Virus record (IMG/VR): IMGVR_UViG_3300046007_007030
Source: a virus
Length of the DNA stretch: 64,000 nucleotides
Strand: one strand, 5' to 3'
Below are positions 1-7,191 of the stretch, in pieces (position 1 is the stretch's first letter; every line of letters begins with the position of its first letter). Both the position numbers and the translations under genes were made by a program. The notes under the pieces are model-generated. The model was not told where the DNA came from. It ran no database searches and saw nothing but the letters and a program-made list of their open reading frames with translations.

Positions 1-413
1 CCGTTCTTGCCCGGGGCTAGAGAACCCATGCCACGAGAAGACACGCCGAGCTGAGCGCCAGATTCGATGAGACCGCGAGCGATGTTGCCCATCGGGGTCT
101 CGGTGATCTTGGCGCGACCGATGAAGTTATTGCCCTCTTGACGAAGACTAGTGATCAAGTGTGAAACTCTATCTAAGTTGATAGACGGGCCATTTGGATG
201 ACCCAGCTCGCCGAAGGCGCGACCCTTCTCGACGAACTCTTTCATGTAGCGACTAACTTCACGCTTCATAGTTTCTAACTTGTATTCACGACCGTTGCGA
301 TTCTTCTGCTCGCACTGGAGGAAGATGCCCTCGATATAGAGGTTCTTCTTACCACCCTCGGTAGATTCAGTGACGTACTTGACGTCTTCTGTTAGTTCGG
401 TGATGAGTTTCAT
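1..413 (-). CDS. gp21: prohead core scaffold protease, 3' end beyond window edge
   Basis: Manual translation from ATG at 413: MKLITELTEDVKYVTESTEGGKKNLYIEGIFLQSEQKNRNGREY...RAFGELGHPNGPSINLDRVSH...LGVSSRGMGSL. The GELGHP and GVSSRGxGSL motifs are characteristic of T4 gp21. Not in the ORF track. Confidence 0.95.
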   Translation of the reverse strand, partial: MKLITELTEDVKYVTESTEGGKKNLYIEGIFLQCEQKNRNGREYKLETMKREVSRYMKEFVEKGRAFGELGHPNGPSINLDRVSHLITSLRQEGNNFIGRAKITETPMGNIARGLIESGAQLGVSSRGMGSLAPGKN

Positions 414-416
414 CTA

Positions 417-1334
417 TCAACCCCAATCTCTCTTGTCTTGCTTAGCCGCTGCGATCTTTTCAGAAGCAGACTTCATGGCGGACTGAGCGGCTTTCATCTC
501 GCGCTGAGCGTTAGCGCGCGCCTTGAGGCCAGACGCATGATCGAAGCGAATCTGGTGGTGTTGAGCCTGCATCTCATGATGTATAGCCTCGCCGGTGTGA
601 TGATCGAATCCACGCTCATCACCAACTTCTTCTGCCTTGTCAGCCTGCACCATGTGATGATTCAACATCTTCTCGTGATGACGCATGTTGTCCTTATGAT
701 GCATGAGGATGTCGTTCAGCTTGCCCTTGCCGACCATCTCTTCGAGATAAGCAGACTCGTCTGCGCTTATCTCATATGACGCAGTGATGTTCAGATCGGT
801 CTGGACCTTAGGCTTAGAGCCTCTTCCCTTGTACCTCACTTTGCTCGGGGTGATGCTCGGAGCCTTCTGCATTCTGTTAGCGTGCACACCTTTGATGGCG
901 CGAATTTCATCCAGCGCTTCTACTTCTTCTCTTGCAAGTCTTTTAGTTGCTCTCTCTATTCCTCTTACACGCTTAAATGCTTTTTTGAAACTTTTCTCTT
1001 TTGTTTTTGGATCATTTGTATTTGTCATACCAGCAGCATAAGCATGTCCAAGCACTTCTGGTGCTGCTTTTCCGATGTAACTACCTAATGCTTTTTTTCC
1101 AGCAGAAGTATTACCAACTTCATCAATCTGTTCTACTTCTTCTTTCTTGAGGTGCTCTTTGTTGCGAAGCGCCTCGAGGTCGTCGGCGTCGATATCGTCC
1201 TTCGGCTCTCTGAGCTTGGCGATGTCTGCCTTCGACATCTGCTTCTTCTCTTGCAGGTCTACTGCGTTGACGCCGGAGACAGAGAGCTTACGCTGCTGCT
1301 CGGCGATGAACTGTGCGTACTTATCCGCGCTCAT
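417..1334 (-). CDS. putative internal head (core) protein, modular, with His-rich C-terminal region
   Basis: N-terminus KYAQFIAE resembles the T4 capsid targeting sequence; EEVEQIDE and EEVEALDE linkers; lies between portal and gp21. Confidence 0.6.
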   Translation of the reverse strand: MSADKYAQFIAEQQRKLSVSGVNAVDLQEKKQMSKADIAKLREPKDDIDADDLEALRNKEHLKKEEVEQIDEVGNTSAGKKALGSYIGKAAPEVLGHAYAAGMTNTNDPKTKEKSFKKAFKRVRGIERATKRLAREEVEALDEIRAIKGVHANRMQKAPSITPSKVRYKGRGSKPKVQTDLNITASYEISADESAYLEEMVGKGKLNDILMHHKDNMRHHEKMLNHHMVQADKAEEVGDERGFDHHTGEAIHHEMQAQHHQIRFDHASGLKARANAQREMKAAQSAMKSASEKIAAAKQDKRDWG

Positions 1335-1349
1335 AGTTTCTATCTCCTA

Positions 1350-1682
1350 TTAGATTGGTTCTGAGGTCTTCTGACCGACGATGACGATAGTGCCATTACC
1401 CGTGAGGGTGTAGCTCAGCGTAGCATTAGCCGATTCATTGAAAGTAACTCCATGACCAGCGAGATTCCAATGACCAGTGCCAGGCAGTACCGCGATCGTG
1501 TTAGAGCCGCGAGCCACTACCCACTGGCCATTTGAAGTGAAGAAGATCTGCTTGATGGCGAGACTAGTCACGTTCTCGACGGTGCTGTTCGGCGTAGCGA
1601 GATTCGCGAGAGTGATGCTGCTGTTAGTGGCAGTATCGCGGATGACGACAGTGCCGTACTTTTGATTCTGAATGATAGCCAT
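1350..1682 (-). CDS. small beta-rich hypothetical protein, probably a virion component
   Basis: 110 aa ORF coupled to the upstream gene (TAATG overlap at 1682); in the head operon; 6 of 11 Asn are in N-X-S/T. Confidence 0.6.
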   Translation of the reverse strand: MAIIQNQKYGTVVIRDTATNSSITLANLATPNSTVENVTSLAIKQIFFTSNGQWVVARGSNTIAVLPGTGHWNLAGHGVTFNESANATLSYTLTGNGTIVIVGQKTSEPI

Positions 1683-3136
1683 TATTTCTTGTATCCCTGA
1701 TTCTTACGCATGATGCTACCAGCGGTACTCGCCCACTTGCTGCCCTTCATCTTAGATGCGGGCCACGGCTTCTCGGACTCGCGTGGCTGATTGTACTTGC
1801 CCTTCGTGATCTTTCCCTTATAAGACTTCATCAGCTTATTTAGCTCTTCACGATCCATCTTCTCAAAGATGGCCTTGTGCTCTTCAGAGAGGCTGTCATA
1901 CAGCTCGATCTCTTCAGAAGTGTACTCGATCTCTTCTCTCTTCAGAGCCAGACCTAGTCCCTTGCGGCGCTTCAATCTGATCTTAGCGGCCTTCTGATGA
2001 GCTTCACTGTCAGAGTCCGTGTGACGCATCATGTGACCAGCCATCGTCTCTTGGCTGGATGAGCGCGCTACATACTTGTCTTTGAGTTTCTGAGAGATCT
2101 CGTCGATCTGCTCGATCTCTTCGTTAGTGGCCTTGACTTTAGGCTTCCTGCCGAGTTCGTCAGAACCGATGATCTTCTTAAGTGCTAGCTTTACGCCAGC
2201 CCTTCTCTTTTCGCCCTTGACTGGATCTCTGCGCTCTGGCTTGGCGCCCTGAACGTAGCGCTGAAGCTTGTCTTTAGTAGATTCATCTAGTTCGGCTTCT
2301 TCTTTTCTGGTCTGAACTCGCTTGCCGTCTTTATTCAAACGAACGCCCTTCTTCCAGTCTTCTTTGGAGACGGCATTCGATCCGTGCATCTCTTTGTGAG
2401 CGTACCAGCCGTCGTCGTTCTCAGCTTCTTCCTTACGCAGCTTCGGGCCAGCGAGAGTAATCTTCGGCTTCTTGGACGGGATGCTCTTCTTAGAGAGGAC
2501 GTGGTAGAAATTGGAGTGACTCTTCCCCATGTGATCGGCGTGATCTGCGCGCTCGATAGGCTTCAGCGAGGCGAGGTGTTGTAGCGCCTTGTTGGCGTGT
2601 ACACGAGGAATGTCGTGCTTAGTGTTATCTTTGAAGTGCACCTCGACGTGATTAGGATGAGTCAGCTTAGACAGCTGATCTTGAAGGTGAAGCGTATCAG
2701 CTTCTTCACCTGGCTTCAGCTTCTTTGGACGGCCCGCTTTCTTCGCCTCAGTCATGAACTGGTTGAATGTCTTGTCTGTCATCTTCTCAGTTTCCTCGTA
2801 GTGTGGTCTTTCCATCTGCGGAGTCGAGCGGTACTGCCCTCCTCTGACGGGAGCCGGGTGTTGCAAGTGCTTAGGTCTCTTATTAGACCTGGAAGCGAAC
2901 GTCTGTCTCATGCTTTTCGGCAGCATGTCTTCCTTGTGCTTCTTCTCGAGGTCGATCTCTGAGACCTGCTCAGAGAACTTACTCCTCAAGCGATAGCCGA
3001 AGCCTAGCGGCTGAGTAGGACCCTCGATGGCAGAAGATGGCTTAGCACGCTTCAGACCCTCGGGTTCAGGGAACTGCTTCCGCTCCTTGTTGCCAAAGAT
3101 TATATTGGCTGCCGCTTTCTTAGGGATTTTCGCCAC
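1682..3136 (-). CDS. putative internal head polyprotein (basic modules separated by acidic linkers); possible internal start at 2782
   Basis: K/R/E-rich; linkers KEEAELDE, EEIEQIDE, REEIE; internal MTDKTFNQFMTEA preceded by GAGGA. Confidence 0.6.
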   Translation of the reverse strand: MAKIPKKAAANIIFGNKERKQFPEPEGLKRAKPSSAIEGPTQPLGFGYRLRSKFSEQVSEIDLEKKHKEDMLPKSMRQTFASRSNKRPKHLQHPAPVRGGQYRSTPQMERPHYEETEKMTDKTFNQFMTEAKKAGRPKKLKPGEEADTLHLQDQLSKLTHPNHVEVHFKDNTKHDIPRVHANKALQHLASLKPIERADHADHMGKSHSNFYHVLSKKSIPSKKPKITLAGPKLRKEEAENDDGWYAHKEMHGSNAVSKEDWKKGVRLNKDGKRVQTRKEEAELDESTKDKLQRYVQGAKPERRDPVKGEKRRAGVKLALKKIIGSDELGRKPKVKATNEEIEQIDEISQKLKDKYVARSSSQETMAGHMMRHTDSDSEAHQKAAKIRLKRRKGLGLALKREEIEYTSEEIELYDSLSEEHKAIFEKMDREELNKLMKSYKGKITKGKYNQPRESEKPWPASKMKGSKWASTAGSIMRKNQGYKK

Positions 3137-4544
3137 GACGCTTCTTGCTGTAATAGATTGCCAGAGACTGCTTGATCTTCTGCTTCTTACCCTTGGCAGT
3201 CAGCTTCTCGGGGTGCTCCATCTCCTTGCTGATGAACTCACCGGCGGTGCCCTCGTTGATCTCGCCGTACTTCTCCACGAAGGCGGCGATGGCAGCGGCG
3301 TGAGCCTCAGAGACGAGATACGAAGTACCGTCTACGTCGATCTCAAACGACTGTCTGAGAGGATTAGTTCCGGCCGGGGCCTTGACTTTAGGACGAGCAG
3401 GCTGGACGTAGGTCTTAGCGGTCTTGACACCGAGACCTGATATCGCCTGTAGCTTCTTAGCCTCTGGACCGACTGCTCCTTTGTCTAACTTTCGCTGAGC
3501 TTCGCGACGCTGCGCAGCGGAGTACTTAGGTTGAGCAGGAGCTGCCTGCTTCTTCTGTGCAGGAGCTGCCTGCTTCTGCTGTGCAGGAGCGACAGCAGGC
3601 TTAAGCTTCGGCTTCGGTGGTGCAATATTAGATCCGGCTGGCGGATCACCGGAAGTCGGCACGATCTTTACACCGGCATCTCTTGGTTCAGTCTGCGACT
3701 TATTTGGTCCAGGCTGCTGAGCTGCTGGTCTCTTATCCGTAATATTGCCGTCCATCTGAGCTTTGAGTGTAGGACTCATCTGCGGCTTACTCTTAATTTT
3801 GACGTCAGGCGCCATCTGCTGCTTACTACCCGATTTATTAGTAGTATTGAACGCAGTCGCAGCTGCTTTCTTAGCTGCCTGATCTGCCGCCAACTTGTTC
3901 GCTCCAGGCTGAGGCCTAGGAGCGATGTCACCGGATGCTGTGCGAGCTTTCAGGTTAGTCGTCGAAGGGCTATTAACGGCCGAACCAAAGCGACCTTGGA
4001 ATCCAGCGGTGCCGCGATTAGGCGTCTGGGCAGCAGGAGCTGCAACTGGCTTCCTATTAAGCATTCCTGCATTAGCGCCGCTAGTTCCTTGACCTACCAT
4101 AGGAGACTTAAGTCTTTGAACTGCATTGGCAGTCTGCGCTTTATTCTGAGCGGCGTAGCCTTGTTGGATAGCTTGAGCTCTGGTCTCTTCTTTGACGTCG
4201 TCGGAAGAGCAGTCTTCGCAGTCGCAGTCGTCTTCGTGCTCTTCTTCCTTGGCCTTGGCTTCTTCGATCTCGAGGTGCTCATTGTACTCTACGTACTTGT
4301 TGAGATCCTCAGGCGCCTGCTGGTCAGAGAGGCGGGCCTTGGCGTGATCGACGTCTCCGTTGAACATCTTCTCGTAGTCTTTAGTCTCGGAGTCTTTCTG
4401 GACGAGGTGCTTCATGCCCGAGTCCTTGATAGTGTGAAGGTCCGCGCGAAAGTTCTTCGCGTCCTTCGTCATGCCATCGGCGGTCTTCTCTTTGGCACCC
4501 TCGGTCACTACGCTCCTGATGCTTTCCATTAAAGATTTAGACAT
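3120..4544 (-). CDS. putative prohead core/internal protein with low-complexity A/P/Q/K centre
   Basis: 474 aa ORF directly after the gp67-like gene; acidic CxCxxC patch followed by a long basic low-complexity region. Confidence 0.55.
   Translation of the reverse strand: MSKSLMESIRSVVTEGAKEKTADGMTKDAKNFRADLHTIKDSGMKHLVQKDSETKDYEKMFNGDVDHAKARLSDQQAPEDLNKYVEYNEHLEIEEAKAKEEEHEDDCDCEDCSSDDVKEETRAQAIQQGYAAQNKAQTANAVQRLKSPMVGQGTSGANAGMLNRKPVAAPAAQTPNRGTAGFQGRFGSAVNSPSTTNLKARTASGDIAPRPQPGANKLAADQAAKKAAATAFNTTNKSGSKQQMAPDVKIKSKPQMSPTLKAQMDGNITDKRPAAQQPGPNKSQTEPRDAGVKIVPTSGDPPAGSNIAPPKPKLKPAVAPAQQKQAAPAQKKQAAPAQPKYSAAQRREAQRKLDKGAVGPEAKKLQAISGLGVKTAKTYVQPARPKVKAPAGTNPLRQSFEIDVDGTSYLVSEAHAAAIAAFVEKYGEINEGTAGEFISKEMEHPEKLTAKGKKQKIKQSLAIYYSKKRRGENP
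3535..3590. repeat. 24-bp tandem repeat (about 2.3 copies) encoding APAQ(Q/K)KQA
   Basis: gcaggagctgcctgcttc(t/g variant)...tgt unit seen twice plus a partial copy. Confidence 0.8.
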
Positions 4545-4884
4545 CTTCGTCTCCGCTCTGCTCTGTTGGTTCTTCTTCTGCCGTGAGGTCTTCTAACTCG
4601 TCGAACAGCTCGTCGGTGTCCGTCAGGTAGTCGTCGTCTTCTGGAATATCGTACTCTACTTCGTCGCTCTCAGTAGGATCTAGTTCATAAGAACCGTCCT
4701 CTGCGTCGTCGCCGGCGTAGTTGCCGTAGATCGACTGGGCCACGTCGATCTTCATACTCTGTATGGCATCCATGGCCCTCGCGCTCATCATCGAGTCTAC
4801 AGCAGCCTTCACTCCGAGTGCGTTGCCCTCCAGTGAGTGAGCAAGCAGGCTGGTCATCGTGTCGTCATTATCATTATCCATCAA
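4537..4884 (-). CDS. acidic prohead core protein (gp67-like)
   Basis: Small, very acidic C-terminus; immediately downstream of the portal gene, as gp67 is in T4. Confidence 0.6.
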   Translation of the reverse strand: MMDNDNDDTMTSLLAHSLEGNALGVKAAVDSMMSARAMDAIQSMKIDVAQSIYGNYAGDDAEDGSYELDPTESDEVEYDIPEDDDYLTDTDELFDELEDLTAEEEPTEQSGDEDV

Positions 4885-4892
4885 TCTTCTCC

Positions 4893-4900
4893 TATTTATA
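4893..4900 (-). promoter_or_regulatory. T4-type late promoter TATAAATA
   Basis: Exact TATAAATA on the minus strand in the gap between portal and the gp67-like gene. Confidence 0.8.
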
Positions 4901-4908
4901 AAACTAAA

Positions 4909-6543
4909 TTAGCCAGTCTTAGGCTGCTTCGGCGGAATAGGAGGAACTTGTCCTCCCTGAGACACATTATCTGTAGGCAATGGATTACCTTGCTCGTCTG
5001 TCTGACCTTGATCTAGTTCTTGTGACATGCCGTCTGGGCCTGCCTCAGGCATCGGCGGATTGAAGATCGGGTCGTTCTGCTCTTCGAGGATCTTTGCGCG
5101 CTGCTCATCGATCTCGTCGTCGGTCATGCGAAGCACGTTCTCTTGTACCCAGTGGTTCGAGTAGAATGTGCCGATGTAAGGCTGCACACTCTGCAGAGTA
5201 GTGACTCGGCTGTTGATGAGCTCGGCTTCCTTGAGCTCGGTGTAGTAGTTGTCTCTGTTGTAGTCGAACCTGAGCTTCTGAGCGATTAGAGTCCAGTCAT
5301 CCGGAGTGACTATGCTCTTCAGGATGAGCTGCTTCTCCAGAGCCTTCAAGAACAGGGCCGAGAACTTCAAGCGCAGGCGATCGATGAACTTCGAGAACTT
5401 GACTTCGTCTCTGGTGATCTCTGCGGACCTGCCTAGGTTGAAGCCACCCTCGTTCTCCATACGCGCGAATGGTACGTTCAGAGCCTTGAACATCTTCTTC
5501 TGGAAGTAGCGAACGTCTTCGATCTCTCCGAGGTTCTGACCCGCTGGAAGAGTGGTGATCTCAGTACCCTTGCCGCCTTCGCGACGTGGCAACCAGAAGT
5601 CTTCGAGCATCGTCATGAACTTGCGATCGTCTCTGATCTCGCCAGTCGAGGCATCGTAGACCAGCTTATTCTTGAAGCGAGTCATCACGTCCTTGAGGTA
5701 CTGCTCCGCCTTCATCTTCGGCAGGTTACCCACGTCGATGTAGAACACTCGACGCTCAGGAGCTCGGCTGATCCTGTAGATCACCGTGGCGTCCTCGAGA
5801 GCCTTGAGCTGGTTCAATACCTTGATTGCCTTGTGGAGGTGTGAGAGCATCATGGTATTGTGCTTATCCATCATACCCGATGGAACCATGACGATCGAGT
5901 CCTTGGCGATCTTGAAGCCGGTCACGCCAGAGGCGCCGAAGTTACCGGTGTTCATGAAGCCACGCTCGTTGAACATGTAGAACTCGATCTCTTGCTTCAC
6001 GATCTGAGCGAGTGATCCCTGGTCCTTGACCTTCTGGACCTGCTTGATCTTGCGGATCTTGCGAGAGTCGATGTATCTGAGCTCTTTGATACCCTCCTCT
6101 GGCTTAGTGACGTCGATGATGACCTGGAAGAACAGGCGGCCATCGATGTACCAGCGGCGGAAGATGTCGTATCCGAGCTTATTGAATTCTAGTAGGTCGA
6201 TGATGTACTCGAACTCTTGACGAATCAACTTCTTGATCTTGTCCGGTTGCTCGAGGTCGTCGAGGTTGATGCTGACGATCGGCTCTTTTGGATCGTATAC
6301 GATGGCCTCGTTGACGATGTCGTCGATGGCCGCGTCGACTTCCGGAAACTCCGCCATCACCCTGTACTTGGTGACTAGCTCGGCCTCGGTGCGGACGGCA
6401 CCGTCCAGGTCCACATACGTACCGTATGCCCCTCCACCCTGAATGACTACCGCGCCGTCGTCGCTCTCTTTGGCGATGATCGTCGGGGTAGTATTAGCGT
6501 CGAGAGGCTTCTTACGGATCTCAAATCCAAAGAACTCTGCCAT
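4909..6543 (-). CDS. gp20: portal vertex protein
   Basis: Motifs YRISRAPERRVFYIDVGNLPKMKAEQYL, MLEDFWLPRREGGKGTEITTLP, EITRDEVKF. Confidence 0.98.
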   Translation of the reverse strand: MAEFFGFEIRKKPLDANTTPTIIAKESDDGAVVIQGGGAYGTYVDLDGAVRTEAELVTKYRVMAEFPEVDAAIDDIVNEAIVYDPKEPIVSINLDDLEQPDKIKKLIRQEFEYIIDLLEFNKLGYDIFRRWYIDGRLFFQVIIDVTKPEEGIKELRYIDSRKIRKIKQVQKVKDQGSLAQIVKQEIEFYMFNERGFMNTGNFGASGVTGFKIAKDSIVMVPSGMMDKHNTMMLSHLHKAIKVLNQLKALEDATVIYRISRAPERRVFYIDVGNLPKMKAEQYLKDVMTRFKNKLVYDASTGEIRDDRKFMTMLEDFWLPRREGGKGTEITTLPAGQNLGEIEDVRYFQKKMFKALNVPFARMENEGGFNLGRSAEITRDEVKFSKFIDRLRLKFSALFLKALEKQLILKSIVTPDDWTLIAQKLRFDYNRDNYYTELKEAELINSRVTTLQSVQPYIGTFYSNHWVQENVLRMTDDEIDEQRAKILEEQNDPIFNPPMPEAGPDGMSQELDQGQTDEQGNPLPTDNVSQGGQVPPIPPKQPKTG

Positions 6544-6562
6544 TTTATCTCCAGTATATTAT

Positions 6563-6584
6563 GGGGAGAGCGTTAGCCCTCCCC
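6563..6584 (-). terminator. GC-rich stem-loop after gp19 (weak terminator or mRNA 3'-end stabiliser)
   Basis: GGGGAGGGC-TAAC-GCTCTCCCC on the minus strand; followed by ATAATAT rather than a U tract. Confidence 0.55.
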
Positions 6585-6596
6585 TGTTCACTTCAA

Positions 6597-7160
6597 TTAG
6601 CGCTGTAGAGACGAAGAGACGGTCTCGTCGAAGGCCACGCCAGGAGCGCGGGTAGTATCGACGGCCCAGTAGTCGTACTGGAAGGTGACCGAGAATTCTT
6701 CGATAGCGTCAGTCGACGACCAGTCGAGAGGGATCTCGCCAATGGCCGTCGGGAAGATGTTGTGGAACTTATACGCGCGAATCGGGGAACCAGTCTTTGA
6801 GTACTGGGTTACCACAGCGTCGGCCGTATAAGTCTGAATGCTCCTCAGGTTGGCCCTGAGGTTGCTGATAGAGTTAGACCACTTCTCGAGCGAGTTACGG
6901 AGAGCGAAGTCCTCATCGTTGATGATGGTGACAGTCCAATCCGGAAACACGCGGTCGCCAGGGACCTTGATGAAGCGGCCGAAGTATGGTACGTTGATGA
7001 ACCCGATCTGGGAAGCCGGGAGCTGAGCAGACCTCACGAAGAAGCTGCTCTTTGCGCCGAAGGATCCGTCGACGGGGCTAGAAATCTGGACCTCGAAGAG
7101 GTTGTTCCTAGCGCCGTCGAACTTTAGACGAGCTCTGAAGTCGTTGATGTTGAAAGCCAT
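6597..7160 (-). CDS. gp19: tail tube protein
   Basis: ARNNLFEV, SAQLPAS, VPYFGRFIKVPGDRVFPDWTVTIINDEDF, IEEFSVTFQYDYW. Confidence 0.97.
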   Translation of the reverse strand: MAFNINDFRARLKFDGARNNLFEVQISSPVDGSFGAKSSFFVRSAQLPASQIGFINVPYFGRFIKVPGDRVFPDWTVTIINDEDFALRNSLEKWSNSISNLRANLRSIQTYTADAVVTQYSKTGSPIRAYKFHNIFPTAIGEIPLDWSSTDAIEEFSVTFQYDYWAVDTTRAPGVAFDETVSSSLQR

Positions 7161-7191
7161 GTTAGTCTTTCTCCTATGAGCTTATCTCTAT

